A stretch of DNA of 63,000 nucleotides, the filler included, from an uncultured bacterium (lineage in GTDB: Bacteria > CAZSTA01): the NCBI GenBank assembly GCA_964609495.1. It is 3 parts of 3 records of this genome, joined end to end, with 100 filler letters (N's around TTAATTAATTAA, not from the genome) between each part and the next. Parts side by side here need not be neighbours in the genome. Positions count along the whole stretch, not along the records: positions 42,215 to 63,000 come from CAZSTA010000045.1; 2 more parts are not named here. One strand, 5' to 3'. The position numbers and the translations under genes were made by a program. Shown piece by piece: positions 47,701-57,431 of the stretch. Below the pieces are notes generated by a model. It saw only the letters and a list, made by a program, of their open reading frames with translations. It was not told the DNA's origin and searched no databases. The first letter of the stretch is position 1, and each line of letters begins with the position of its first letter.

Positions 47701-49151
47701 GTGTGGAGCAGACTATGAGCCGATTCCTTCCCGATGTGATGGTTGGAGAAGTCCTGGAGAATCTCGACTTAACTAGCAAGAAGCTTGAAGAAGAGTTGCC
47801 CAAGATGGTGAAGGAGGGATTGAAGAAGCTATATAAGTTCCAGCATAGCGATGGTGGTTGGGGCTGGTGGGAATTTGATGAGTCTCATCCATTTATGACC
47901 GCTTATGTCGTTTATGGACTGACTGTCGCAGTAAACGCAGGATTCGATGTTGATAGGGAGGTGTTGGAGAGAGGGATAGACTCACTTAAAGATCAGGTGA
48001 GATATGCGAAGGATAAGGGGACCAAAACTTATATGCTCTATGCTCTCTCCTTCAATCGAAATGCTGATATTCCGCAGTTAGACGCGATTTACAAGGATAA
48101 ACATCAGTTGAATGATTATTCCAAAGCCCTTCTGGCGATGACCCTGGACAATATGGGAGATAAAGAGCGGGCTTTAGCGGTCCTCAAGGAGCTAGAAGAG
48201 AGCGCTCAGGTGACGGGTAACACCTGCCATTGGGGAGGAAAAAGTTGGCATTACGGCTGGATGGATGATGTAACGGAGACGACCGCCTATGTCTTCAAAG
48301 CCTTCGCTAGATTGGATCCCGCCAACGAATTGTTGCCTAAGACTATAAGATGGCTTATCAATCAGCGACGAGGCAATCGTTGGAACTCGACTAAGGATAC
48401 CGCGGCTATAATCTATGCTTTCGTGGATTACTTGAACGTCACCGGCGAGCTGTATCCGAATTATACCGCGAAGGTGTATATCAACGGGGAGTTAGTAAAG
48501 AAGCTCGAGGTTACGAGGGATAACTTGATGGATGTTGATACGGAGATCAAGCTTACTGGAGAGCAAGTGAGGAATACGAATATAATTCGCATAGACAGGG
48601 AAGGAGAAGGAAAGCTCTACTACTCCACTATGCTCACCTATTTCACTCAAGAGGACGATATCAAAGCTCGAAATGATGGGATCATCGTGAAGAGGGAGTA
48701 TTTCGAGATGATTCCAGTGCAAAGTAGAGAAGGTGACTGGTTCTACGGCTTGAGGTCTCTAGGAGATACGATCCCCTCTGGAAAGGAGATATACGTAAAG
48801 CTCAGGATCACAGCAGGAGTAGACTATCAATATGTGATCTTTGAGGATCCCTTCCCTAGTGGCTGTGAGGTCATCAAGGATGACACCGGTTATATAATCA
48901 TAGGTGAGAGGACGAGGAAGAAGCATTACTACAGGTACTATTGGGATTATTGGTACTCGAGCAAAGAGTTTAGGGATGAGAAAGCGGTCTTTTTCGCCAC
49001 CGATCTGCCCAGAGGAACTTATGAGTTGAACTACATCCTTCGCTCTCAGATCCCTGGTGACTGCAAAGTTATGCCCACGTTAGCCTATCTGATGTATGCT
49101 CCCGAGGTTCGGGGCAACTCCAATGAACGCGAATTGAGTATCACCGAATAG
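44712..49151 (+). CDS. Bacterial alpha-2-macroglobulin (YfaS-like) with intact thioester motif
   Basis: YTDRPIYRP, EYKKPEF, IRKEFPDT, PDSLTTWR, YPYGCVEQTMS, EDPFPSG, MYAPE. Confidence 0.93.
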   Translation: MTREKKMVILAFVICFLGAFMFVSNAVEKGEKKFYLSTNQIYPTDQKAYFQLETMNIDYVEVNVYKVDLMEFFDKHLKFDDIGLVDVGDRKPIRSWREKTRVRRNNWWSYKNVAFPIKEPAAYLIEGIHEDLKGYTLVIISDLAMVTKRSPKQMLIYVTDRKSGEPLPAYVVFSNGEEIVSEGYADEDGLIFVESRDTSRFIALAKYNENYALSNLYSYGSSDYYTVYTYTDRPIYRPNHTVHFKGIVRQYRSGKYYNYANKEVSVRIIDPDQNTIYQKERTTTSFGTYSGEVTLGDEPPLGFYRIETTVGGYTFEQSFRVDEYKKPEFEVKVTTDKSNYIQGEAITATISARYYFGEPVRGADVTYFVYRSRYYLPWWYFEDPIYSWYYGDEGYYGYGEEIVIRESATLDKDGKLVVEIPTEKLDHDMAYRIEARVVDKSRREITNSTTAKATRAAFSIIISTNKYLYKLDEEIKVKIRTVDFLRKPVSTKVTVEVSKRNWRKRGGYSDEELAKKEVITDENGIARLSFSAEVQGYVYIYAYADDEFGNLASSYDYAWVTGKGYWWGNYSFGELDIIPDKNSYSVGEIARVMISSPYQDIYGLITIEGDEIYNHQVVYLEGNSTVINIPIKEVYSPNAFISVSVIYNGQFSQQMKLLVVPPEGKFVSVKITSDQEIYKPRDTGHFEIETTNYKGEPVNAEVSLGVVDESIYAIQAEMAPDIRKFFYGKRYNIVYTYSSFYFRIYGYSQVAKSKEAEDIRASFELSDFKGEEEEYAKAEIRKEFPDTALWLAHVVTGTDGKAQVDVKYPDSLTTWRATSRAVTLDTKVGAQTQKTIVRKNLIVRLETPRFFTQKDELLISAIVHNYLSEDKKSKVILEAEGLELLDDPTRFITVAKEDEVRVDWKVRASKAGEAVITATALTDEESDAMQLTIPILPHGMKQIKSISGEVKDSEVFIVDVPPMVIKESTEFKLILSPSLASTMLDALDYLTGYPYGCVEQTMSRFLPDVMVGEVLENLDLTSKKLEEELPKMVKEGLKKLYKFQHSDGGWGWWEFDESHPFMTAYVVYGLTVAVNAGFDVDREVLERGIDSLKDQVRYAKDKGTKTYMLYALSFNRNADIPQLDAIYKDKHQLNDYSKALLAMTLDNMGDKERALAVLKELEESAQVTGNTCHWGGKSWHYGWMDDVTETTAYVFKAFARLDPANELLPKTIRWLINQRRGNRWNSTKDTAAIIYAFVDYLNVTGELYPNYTAKVYINGELVKKLEVTRDNLMDVDTEIKLTGEQVRNTNIIRIDREGEGKLYYSTMLTYFTQEDDIKARNDGIIVKREYFEMIPVQSREGDWFYGLRSLGDTIPSGKEIYVKLRITAGVDYQYVIFEDPFPSGCEVIKDDTGYIIIGERTRKKHYYRYYWDYWYSSKEFRDEKAVFFATDLPRGTYELNYILRSQIPGDCKVMPTLAYLMYAPEVRGNSNERELSITE

Positions 49152-49154
49152 CTG

Positions 49155-49832
49155 ATGATTAAAGAAGTTTCAAGGCGCAGGACCTTGCTTTTGCTCTGGT
49201 TAGCTATAATTTCCCTTGGTTGGTCCTGCGACACTCATCACAAGATCGTCGAGGATGCGATCGAGCTGATGCCCGAGGATTTCAAAGGTGAGCTTATCGC
49301 TAATAAGGAAAGCCTGTTAAGGGGCTCGATCGCTCCTGACACTGAATATTTGAATTTCTTTGAGCATAACTATAACATTTATAATGGGATAGGAGGTGCT
49401 CCAAGTGCTATAAATAGAGAGGCAAAACTCATCTGCAAAATGATAAGAGAGAATAAGCCCTTCGATAAGATAGCATATAGATTAGGGGTTATATCTCACT
49501 ATGTATCAGATCTACATGTTCCCTTACATACAGATGAGACAGATCCCAATGAGTGGAAGTATCATACAAAATATGAAAACGAGGTGGTAACATACTATCT
49601 CTTTCGGGATAGGAACTATGAATATCCCCCTCTTGAACTGATCGATGATCCTGAGGAATTCGCTATATCTATAGCTCTCTTCTACAATCAATACTACGAT
49701 GATATAAGTAAAGCCTATACCTCGGGGGGAGGTTTTAGTAAGGTAAGGAAGCTGACTGAAAAGGCGTATAGAGGATCAGTATATGATGTCGCTTGTATAT
49801 GGCATACCTTACTTACTACCTGTAAAGATTGA
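49155..49832 (+). CDS. Zinc-dependent phospholipase C / S1-P1 family protein
   Basis: W..DTH, GSIAPD, LGVISHYVSDLHVPLHT, HTKYE. Confidence 0.82.
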   Translation: MIKEVSRRRTLLLLWLAIISLGWSCDTHHKIVEDAIELMPEDFKGELIANKESLLRGSIAPDTEYLNFFEHNYNIYNGIGGAPSAINREAKLICKMIRENKPFDKIAYRLGVISHYVSDLHVPLHTDETDPNEWKYHTKYENEVVTYYLFRDRNYEYPPLELIDDPEEFAISIALFYNQYYDDISKAYTSGGGFSKVRKLTEKAYRGSVYDVACIWHTLLTTCKD

Positions 49833-49919
49833 ACGATACAACCTCTCAAATACGAATTATAGACTAAATGCTCAATGTCCGCTCTTGCCCTTAGTTGAAA
49901 ATTCGAGTTGGTGTCAAAG

Positions 49920-49969
49920 TAAAGGAAACTTTTGCAGTCAATAGGACTCAAGGTAAAAAAATTCCTTTA
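49920..49969. mobile_element. Mini-MITE family B
   Basis: TAAAGGAAACTTTT...ATTCCTTTA. Confidence 0.8.
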
Positions 49970-50017
49970 GAGGATATAAATCCTCTAATCATATTAACAA
50001 GAAAGGAGAGGAAGAAT

Positions 50018-50599
50018 ATGAAGAAAAGTGTTTTACTCATTATCGTGCTGTCTTTCACTTTTGCTTTTGGGAGTTTGGTCTTAGCCGAGGAGGATGTGCC
50101 TAGCTTACTAGAAAGCGCCTCTTCGAGCTATAAGGCAGGGGACCTCGAACAAACCATCCAGCTTCTAGAGGAGGCCCTAGACTTAGTCAGGGAGAAATCA
50201 CCATTGGTCGTAGAGAATTTCTATCTCGTTACCGAGCCTGCCGAGCTCTATGGTAATTTCAAAGTCCGAGAAAGCAATATCTTTTCTCCTATGGATAAGA
50301 TGCGATTCTATGCGGAGCCTAAGAACTATAACTATGAAAAGACTCTTGATGGATATGAAACTTGGATCAAGGTTGATTTCGTGGTTATGGACACCAAGGG
50401 GAATGTCCAAGGGGAGCAAGAAAACTTTCTCAATCAAAAATTTTTCTCTAGATCTAAGATACATGATTTCTTCCTGAATTTAAGTATAAATCTGGGGGGA
50501 GCTCTTCCAGCTGGTAATTACATAGTGGAATTCACCGTTAAAGATGGCATTTCCGATAAGCGAGCGGCTGTTCGAAAGGATTTTGTGATCGAAGAGTAA
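50018..50599 (+). CDS. Secreted hypothetical protein
   Basis: Signal peptide MKKSVLLIIVLSFTFAFGSLVLA; LPAGNY Ig-like end; the annotated longer start runs through a MITE. Confidence 0.75.
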   Translation: MKKSVLLIIVLSFTFAFGSLVLAEEDVPSLLESASSSYKAGDLEQTIQLLEEALDLVREKSPLVVENFYLVTEPAELYGNFKVRESNIFSPMDKMRFYAEPKNYNYEKTLDGYETWIKVDFVVMDTKGNVQGEQENFLNQKFFSRSKIHDFFLNLSINLGGALPAGNYIVEFTVKDGISDKRAAVRKDFVIEE

Positions 50600-50706
50600 C
50601 ATTCTTGATAATTTTCTGAGAGGGTTATATGAATACGGAGTATAGATTAAAGGACAAGAGCGGTATTTGAGAGAAAGGTTTACTAAGGGGGAAGGGAAGC
50701 ATATCA

Positions 50707-50736
50707 AGAGGGAGGATATAGTCATATCCTCCCTCT
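50707..50736. terminator. 13-bp perfect stem-loop
   Basis: AGAGGGAGGATAT-AGTC-ATATCCTCCCTCT. Confidence 0.5.
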
Positions 50737-50914
50737 CTATCAGGAGTTGAAACAAAATGAGGATCATAAGTGGAGAGGGCGAGAATACCAGCACCGAACT
50801 TTACTGGAATTTTCCGAAATTCGTTATGATGAGGAAAGAAAGGAGATAGATGTCTATAGCTATGGTATGCATGAAACCCGCGGCAAGTGCAATATCTACT
50901 AGGAGCTGGCATAT

Positions 50915-51694
50915 ATGAGAAGAAACGGATTGATTATATTATTCATTATATTTATACTCACCTCCCTATTGGGAGAACGAATAATCGCAACACCTTCCGA
51001 ACGAGGTCTGATTGAAAGCCGCTATTTCCTCATCGAATCCGAAGTCGAACCAGATCAGCTTGAGATAGAGGAACTATTGCAGATGCTCGAGGGAATACGT
51101 CGCAAGGTAGGAGTCGATCTAAACTACTATCCTGAGGATAAGATCGCGATAAAGATATATAAGAGCACCAAGAGCTTCATGAGCTATACCGATAAACCTT
51201 GGTGGTTAGCGGCGATATATACTGAGGGAAAGATACATATCCAACCCCTCGCTATCCTGAAGAAGAGAGGGATCCTCAAAACTACCTTAACCCATGAGTT
51301 CACCCACTTAGTGATCGATAGATCGATTGGCATCGCTAACTGTCCCCAATGGCTAAACGAAGGTATAGCTCAATATGAAGCTGAGGAATGGAATCGCAAG
51401 AAAGCGGAGGACATAAAGATCTCTTTGCTCAACAACCCTGTTCTCTCCATCTCCGAGGTTGAGAGGGAACTCAATAATAAGCAGGATAAGGATAAGGCTT
51501 ATATAGCCTATCTTATGACCTACACTATAGTCGAATACTTGGTGGATAACTTTGGTCCTATAAACACGCTCTTGACCTATCTAAAGGAGGGAGGAAATAT
51601 TAAAGAGAGTATAGAGGAGGGGTTAGGAGTAAGTTATAGTGACTTTGAGAGAGGATGGACTCAATATCTGGTAGGCAAATATTCGAGGAGATAG
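50915..51694 (+). CDS. Peptidase MA-like zinc metallopeptidase
   Basis: HEFTH ... [11 protein letters not shown]. Confidence 0.85.
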   Translation: MRRNGLIILFIIFILTSLLGERIIATPSERGLIESRYFLIESEVEPDQLEIEELLQMLEGIRRKVGVDLNYYPEDKIAIKIYKSTKSFMSYTDKPWWLAAIYTEGKIHIQPLAILKKRGILKTTLTHEFTHLVIDRSIGIANCPQWLNEGIAQYEAEEWNRKKAEDIKISLLNNPVLSISEVERELNNKQDKDKAYIAYLMTYTIVEYLVDNFGPINTLLTYLKEGGNIKESIEEGLGVSYSDFERGWTQYLVGKYSRR

Positions 51695-51705
51695 CTACTT
51701 CTCTA

Positions 51706-51725
51706 AATAATATAGGAGGGGTTGA
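51706..51725 (+). repeat. Half copy of family C element
   Basis: AATAATATAGGAGGGGTTGA, 18/20 identical to the start of copy 40841-40882. Confidence 0.6.
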
Positions 51726-51932
51726 CAATCCTCGAAAGTTAGTATCACCATTTCCCTGCAAAGCTCCCTGAAGGGGATTGAGATGCAAAACCAAATCTAT
51801 ATCGGGCAAAGCACAATGTCCGAAATAGTATCTTTCAAAACCAGTGGTCTTTACCTTAAATTCAACGTCCTTCTCTAAACAGATCCTCAGATGTTCGGAT
51901 TTTCTCCTCTGGGTTAGTGATCTCTCCTCTAT
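51726..51932 (-). pseudogene. fni: Type-2 isopentenyl-diphosphate isomerase remnant
   Basis: Frame reads (ATA)[71 protein letters not shown]-2 N-terminal RKxEH and internal HLNPLQ motifs joined by a deletion; directly downstream of dxs. Confidence 0.8.
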
Positions 51933-53841
51933 CTTGCTCCTCCCCCTTCCTCCCTAGAGCAGATATTATCCCTTGAGCTATACCAGGGGCAGTGAGTCCA
52001 CACTTCTCATATAATATCTCTTTATCCCCATGTTCTATAAATTTATCCGGAAGACCTATACGCTTGATCAACTTATCCGCCATTCCCTCAAGGCTCAGCA
52101 GTTCTAAAACTGCGCTACCGAATCCCCCAGGCAAGTTATTTTCCTCAACGGTTACTATTTTCCCCACCTTTTTCGCCAAATCTTTTATTAGATCTTCATC
52201 TAAAGGCTTTACAAATCTGGAGTTTACCACGGTAGCTTCGATATCCCACCTATCTGCCAAGATCTCAGCGGCTTCTAAGGAGGGATAGACCATAGCTCCA
52301 ATGGCTAAGATCGCCAGGTCCTCGCCTTCCCGCAAGATCTCAGCTTGACCTATCGGGATAGATCGGAAGGGCTCCTCCCAATGGACAGGACCTCCTTTAC
52401 CCTTAGGATATCTCACCGCAATGGGACCCTCATATTCTATCGCGGTCGCTAACATATTCCGTAATTCGTTCCCATCCTTAGCCGCCATAACCACTATGTT
52501 GGGAAGATGTCTCAAGTAGGTGAAATCGAAGACTCCATGATGAGTTGGACCATCATCGCCCACGAGACCAGCCCGATCTATAGCGAAGATAACAGGCAGA
52601 TTCTGGAGGCAGACATCGTGAGCTATCTGATCATAGGCTCGCTGGAGAAAGGTGGAATATATAGCCACAACCGGCCTAAATCCCTGAGTGGCTAATCCTG
52701 CCCCCATAGTAACTGCTGTCTGCTCAGCGATCCCTACATCGAAGAAGCGCGATGGGAACACCTGGGAGAACTTCTTCAACTTAGTCCCATCGGGCATCGC
52801 GGCTGTTATCCCTACGATCTTCTCATCGGTTCTGGCTAACTCCACAATGGTCTCTCCGAAGATCTCGCTATAGGTCATACTACTATCCTTATCGGCTAGG
52901 GTGACTCCCTTGCTAATATCGAAAGGCTTGGCACTATGAAATTTCGTGGGATTCTCACAGGCTGGTTTATATCCTTGTCCTTTCTTTGTAACCACATGGA
53001 GGAAGACAGGATCATCGAGATCCTTTGCCGCTGATATAACATTTATAAGTAACTCTAAATCATGTCCGTCCAAAAGACCTATATATATGAAACCAAACTC
53101 CTCGAATAGAACCCCATCTACTAATATATGCTTGAGACCATCCTTAGTTCGCTTGGCGAGCTCATCGAGCATATCGCCCACCCCGGGTATCTTTTTCACC
53201 AAAAGTTTCGTATCCTTTTCTAAGGAACGATATAGAGGGTTCAATCTCAATTTGTGAACATAAGCGGAGAGCGCTCCCACGTTTTTGGATATAGACATCT
53301 CATTATCATTTAATATAACCATTAACTTGTGACCCAGATGTCCGGCTTGATTTAAGGCCTCCAGCGCCATCCCCGCGGTTAAAGCTCCATCTCCGATCAC
53401 TGCGATAACTGAGTGATTCTCCCCTCTCAGATCCCTAGCCTTCGCTATCCCCAAGGCAGCCGCAATAGAGGTGCTAGCGTGACCGGCATTGAAGATATCA
53501 TGCTCGCTTTCCTCTCTCCTCAAGAAGCCGCTTATACCTCCATATTGGCGAAGAGTATGGAATCTATCCCTTCTACCAGTTAGTAGCTTATGCGCATACC
53601 CCTGATGACCAACATCCCAAATTATCTTATCTCGAGGGCTATTCATAACGAAGTGAAGGGCTATCGTAAGCTCCACCACCCCCAAATTAGAAGCTAAATG
53701 CCCTCCAGTTCGAGATACTGTCCAGATTATCTCCTCCCTTATCTCTTCAGCTAACTTCTTCAACTTGCTTATGCTCAGCATCTTTAGATCCTGAGGAGAA
53801 TCAATGCTATCTAATATCCTATATTCGCCCACTTTTATCAC
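51862..53841 (-). CDS. dxs: 1-deoxy-D-xylulose-5-phosphate synthase
   Basis: [50 protein letters not shown]. Confidence 0.97.
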   Translation of the reverse strand: MIKVGEYRILDSIDSPQDLKMLSISKLKKLAEEIREEIIWTVSRTGGHLASNLGVVELTIALHFVMNSPRDKIIWDVGHQGYAHKLLTGRRDRFHTLRQYGGISGFLRREESEHDIFNAGHASTSIAAALGIAKARDLRGENHSVIAVIGDGALTAGMALEALNQAGHLGHKLMVILNDNEMSISKNVGALSAYVHKLRLNPLYRSLEKDTKLLVKKIPGVGDMLDELAKRTKDGLKHILVDGVLFEEFGFIYIGLLDGHDLELLINVISAAKDLDDPVFLHVVTKKGQGYKPACENPTKFHSAKPFDISKGVTLADKDSSMTYSEIFGETIVELARTDEKIVGITAAMPDGTKLKKFSQVFPSRFFDVGIAEQTAVTMGAGLATQGFRPVVAIYSTFLQRAYDQIAHDVCLQNLPVIFAIDRAGLVGDDGPTHHGVFDFTYLRHLPNIVVMAAKDGNELRNMLATAIEYEGPIAVRYPKGKGGPVHWEEPFRSIPIGQAEILREGEDLAILAIGAMVYPSLEAAEILADRWDIEATVVNSRFVKPLDEDLIKDLAKKVGKIVTVEENNLPGGFGSAVLELLSLEGMADKLIKRIGLPDKFIEHGDKEILYEKCGLTAPGIAQGIISALGRKGEEQDRGEITNPEEKIRTSEDLFREGR

Positions 53842-53846
53842 CCCTT

Positions 53847-53898
53847 AAAAAGGGAACTTTTTTACCTTGAGTCCTATTGCCGGCAAAAGTTCCCTTTT
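53847..53898. mobile_element. Mini-MITE family B overlapping the dxr stop
   Basis: AAAAGGGAACTTTT...AAAAGTTCCCTTTT. Confidence 0.8.
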
Positions 53899-55052
53899 AT
53901 TATATTAATCGCAGAAGCCCTCGCTTCTGCATCCGCCTCCAGAATTTCCTCAAGACTCGGCAAATGTCTAACCTCGTGTTTCTCCATCACTCCCTCTATT
54001 ATCCTGGGGATATCAGTGAAGGAGATCTTATTCTTCAGAAACATATCAACCGCGATCTCATCCGCGGCACTCATAGCCACCGGCATAGTTCCTCCCGTTT
54101 TTCCTGCCTGATATGCTAAACGCAAGCAGGGAAACTTATTCCCAGCGGCTTTCTCAAAGGATAGATTTGCCACCTCAATTAGCTCCAATCGCCTTCTCGG
54201 ACTCTCCACCCTCTCCGGATAAGTCAATGCATATTGGATAGGCAATCGCATATCTGGCCAACTTAGCTGAGCTAAAACCGATCTATCGGTAAACTCAACG
54301 AAGGAATGAACGATACTTTGGGGATGAATCACTATCTCTATATCATCCATATCAACTCCGAACAGCCAATGAGCTTCCAACACCTCTAATCCCTTGTTCA
54401 TCAGAGTAGCCGAATCGATAGTTACCTTTTTACCCATCTTCCAAGTAGGATGAGCTAAAGCATCTTTTGCTGTCACTCGTCCTAATTCCTCAAATTCCAA
54501 TTTTCTGAAAGGTCCTCCTGAGGCTGTCAAGATTATCTTGCTTAAGCTACTCTTATCCTGCCCCCGTAAACATTGGAATATAGCACTATGCTCACTATCC
54601 ACCGGAATGAGGTTTACTCCCTCTTCCCTGACCTTCTGCATCACTATATGACCGGCTGATACTAAAACTTCTTTATTAGCAAGAGCTATATCCTTACCCC
54701 CCTCTATCGCAGATAGAAGAGGCTTCAAACTTGCTAATCCAGTAGTAGCTACCACCACTAGATCGGTAGCTGGAAAGGTGGCTACTTCCCTTAAGCCTTC
54801 CTCTCCGCTTCCAACTATCAATTCCAAACCCTTCTCCTCGATAAGAATATCTCTTACTCCTTCCGCCGCAGCTTCTTCCTTCAGGGAGATGATCTGAGGT
54901 CGAAACCTCTCCGCCTGTTGTAGAAGTAATTTATCATTATATCCTGCGGCTAATCCCACCACTTCAAATCTATCTGCAAGTTGTTCTATCACTTCTAAGG
55001 TCTGCCTACCTATCGAGCCAGTCGATCCTAGAATGGATATCCTTTTAGACAT
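53874..55052 (-). CDS. dxr: 1-deoxy-D-xylulose-5-phosphate reductoisomerase
   Basis: LGSTGSIG, LANKE, PVDSEHSAIFQ, LTASGGPF, HPTWKMG, NKGLE. Confidence 0.97.
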   Translation of the reverse strand: MSKRISILGSTGSIGRQTLEVIEQLADRFEVVGLAAGYNDKLLLQQAERFRPQIISLKEEAAAEGVRDILIEEKGLELIVGSGEEGLREVATFPATDLVVVATTGLASLKPLLSAIEGGKDIALANKEVLVSAGHIVMQKVREEGVNLIPVDSEHSAIFQCLRGQDKSSLSKIILTASGGPFRKLEFEELGRVTAKDALAHPTWKMGKKVTIDSATLMNKGLEVLEAHWLFGVDMDDIEIVIHPQSIVHSFVEFTDRSVLAQLSWPDMRLPIQYALTYPERVESPRRRLELIEVANLSFEKAAGNKFPCLRLAYQAGKTGGTMPVAMSAADEIAVDMFLKNKISFTDIPRIIEGVMEKHEVRHLPSLEEILEADAEARASAINIIKGNFCRQ

Positions 55053-55065
55053 CATCATCTCCAAT

Positions 55066-55149
55066 TAAAGGAAACTTTTTTAGCTCTATTTATATAAGAG
55101 GGGTTGAGGGGAGAAATTCTCCCCCAATTGCCGGCAAAAGTTTCCTTTA
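55066..55149. mobile_element. Mini-MITE family B carrying a nested family C element
   Basis: Family B ends with a 39-bp extra segment. Confidence 0.8.
55088..55129 (+). repeat. Non-coding family C copy with ATT direct repeats
   Basis: ATT-TATATAAGAGGGGTTGAGGGGAGAAATTCTCCCCCA-ATT; the empty site CTATTGCC is present in sister MITE copies. Confidence 0.85.
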
Positions 55150-55292
55150 TGCTATGAGGTCAAATTATATATCTTATACTAGATCGATATACCTTTTATA
55201 TTAATACTTTAAAAGGGACAAATTGTCAATTATAATTATACCCAATTATCCCAAATTATACACCTAAGAGGATGAATAATCAATCCTCGATT

Positions 55293-55343
55293 TAAAGGAA
55301 ACTTTTTTACCTTGAGTCCTATTGGAAGCAAAAGTTTCCTTTA
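55293..55343. mobile_element. Mini-MITE family B
   Basis: TAAAGGAAACTTTT...AAAAGTTTCCTTTA. Confidence 0.82.
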
Positions 55344-55418
55344 TAGTCTGATGGAAGGGAAAAGCAGGTAGGTTTTCCTATTGAATAGGAAGAGGAATGA
55401 AATGACCCTAAAGAGAGC

Positions 55419-56354
55419 TTAAGTCGGGTTAAGATTCCTCTTAAACCATTCTATAGTGATTCTCAGCCCTTCATCTAAACTCACTTCAGGACTCCATCCG
55501 AGGAGTTTCTGGGCTCTTGTGATATCAGGTTGTCGAACCTTGGGATCATCAACCGGCAAAGGTTTAAATATTATCTTACTCTTACTCCTCGTAAGCTCCA
55601 CTATCTTCTCCGCTAACTCCAAGATCGTCATCTCATGAGAATTACCAAGGTTTATTGGTTCATTTATCTCGGACATAGCTAATTTGTAGATCCCCCTTAT
55701 AAGATCCGATATAAAGCAGAAGCTCCTAGTTTGAGAGCCGTCCCCGAATATAGTTATCAGCTCCCCCCTCAGAGCCTGACGGATGAAGGTGGGGATAGCT
55801 CGCCCATCATAAGCCCTCATTCGAGGGCCATAGGTGTTGAATATCCGAGAGATCTTCGTATCCAAATTATGAGAGCGATGATACGCCATAGTTATCGCCT
55901 CGGCGAAGCGCTTGGCTTCATCATACACCCCTCGAGGACCAATCGGATTGACATTACCCCAATAATCCTCACTTTGGGGGTGAATCAGAGGATCTCCATA
56001 GATCTCCGAGGTAGAGGCCAAAAGGAAAAAAGCTCGTTTAGCCTTGGCTAATCCCAAAGCTTTATGAGTTCCTATCGAGCCCACTTTAAGAGTATGGATA
56101 GGGAACTCCAGATAATCAATAGGGCTGGCAGGACTGGCGAAGTGCATAACTCCATCAAGATCGCCCTCCACATATATATAGTTGGTGACATCATACTTGA
56201 TGAACTTAAACCTCTCGCTGGTTATATGGGCGATATTATCCACATTGCCAGTCAGCAAGTTGTCCATACATATAACCTCGTGTCCTTTCTCCAAGAGAAA
56301 ATCACATAGGTGAGAGCCAATAAAACCAGCCCCTCCAGTAACTAAAATACGCAA
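55419..56354 (-). CDS. UDP-glucuronate decarboxylase family SDR
   Basis: [40 protein letters not shown]. Confidence 0.93.
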   Translation of the reverse strand: MRILVTGGAGFIGSHLCDFLLEKGHEVICMDNLLTGNVDNIAHITSERFKFIKYDVTNYIYVEGDLDGVMHFASPASPIDYLEFPIHTLKVGSIGTHKALGLAKAKRAFFLLASTSEIYGDPLIHPQSEDYWGNVNPIGPRGVYDEAKRFAEAITMAYHRSHNLDTKISRIFNTYGPRMRAYDGRAIPTFIRQALRGELITIFGDGSQTRSFCFISDLIRGIYKLAMSEINEPINLGNSHEMTILELAEKIVELTRSKSKIIFKPLPVDDPKVRQPDITRAQKLLGWSPEVSLDEGLRITIEWFKRNLNPT

Positions 56355-56375
56355 AAATTTCAGCCTCCCTTCGAT

Positions 56376-57404
56376 CTATTCTGGGGGATTAGGATGAGAT
56401 TTTTCCTCTATCCCGAATAAGCCAACGCGCTTTGCAGCTACCCACAAGACTAAAGCGATAATCACAATTATTATTATCGAGGGAAAGAAATCGAGTCGGG
56501 TGAGAATGATAGATATCGCTCCTAAACATGCACTTATCGAATATATAATTAAGACGGTTAAGCGATCGGAAAGTCCCAGTTTCATTAGGCGATGATGAAG
56601 ATGATCTTTATCCGCCTGAAAGATGGGACGCTTCCCCTTATAACGGCGAAATATAGCGAATAGGGTATCAAGCACGGGAACCGCTAAGATCATAATGGGC
56701 AAGATCAGAGAGAGAGTCGCCGCCTTTTTGAGAGTCCCTATCATCGCTAAGGTGGCTAACATAAATCCTAGGAAGGTCGCCCCTCCATCTCCCACAAATA
56801 TCTTCGCCGGGGAGAAGTTATAGGGGAGGAATCCTATTACGCTCCCTAAGATAGCCATCGCCATTATGGCTACTACGACTCTATAGGGGATGGCGATAAC
56901 AAAGAGGGTTAAAGCCGCTATAGCAGAGAAGCCCGAGGCTAATCCATCCAGACCATCTATAAGGTTTACCGCGTTAGTCACTCCCACCACCCAGATCACA
57001 GTGAAGAGTATAACTAGAGGCTTAAATGAGAGGAAACCACTGCCAACGGGCTCTACTGTTACACCAAAGGCGACTAGAATAAAAGCCGCGATGAATTGAC
57101 ACACAAATTTGAATTTAGCCGGTAGATCTACTATATCATCCACGAATCCCAGAATAAATATTAAGGAACTTCCAATTAAGATTCCCATCAATTGTCGATT
57201 AATTGGCAGAATGTAGATAACTGCTATCATAAAGCCGAGGAATATAGCTAGTCCTCCCAAGCGAGGTGTGGGTCGGGTATGAACCTTTCTCTCATTTACT
57301 CTGTCGAACATATTAGCTTTTATAGCCAGTTTCATTATAATTGGGGTGAGAAGGACGGAGACTAGAAAAGCTATCGAAAAAGTTTGAAGATATATCTTAA
57401 ACAT
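56376..57404 (-). CDS. WecA/TagO-type undecaprenyl-phosphate GlcNAc-1-phosphate transferase
   Basis: RKVH..PTPRLGG, GFVDD, NLIDGLDGL, FVGDGG, DHLHHRL. Confidence 0.92.
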   Translation of the reverse strand: MFKIYLQTFSIAFLVSVLLTPIIMKLAIKANMFDRVNERKVHTRPTPRLGGLAIFLGFMIAVIYILPINRQLMGILIGSSLIFILGFVDDIVDLPAKFKFVCQFIAAFILVAFGVTVEPVGSGFLSFKPLVILFTVIWVVGVTNAVNLIDGLDGLASGFSAIAALTLFVIAIPYRVVVAIMAMAILGSVIGFLPYNFSPAKIFVGDGGATFLGFMLATLAMIGTLKKAATLSLILPIMILAVPVLDTLFAIFRRYKGKRPIFQADKDHLHHRLMKLGLSDRLTVLIIYSISACLGAISIILTRLDFFPSIIIIVIIALVLWVAAKRVGLFGIEEKSHPNPPE

Positions 57405-57431
57405 CTTTCCCCACCTAATTCCTATTTGAAT

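Noticed and set aside
50600-50914. Possible ncRNA, rsmD-like (MRIISG) or rnpA-like fragments, and a start-less ~70-codon frame
   Set aside because: Similarities last only a few residues; only the hairpin is supportable
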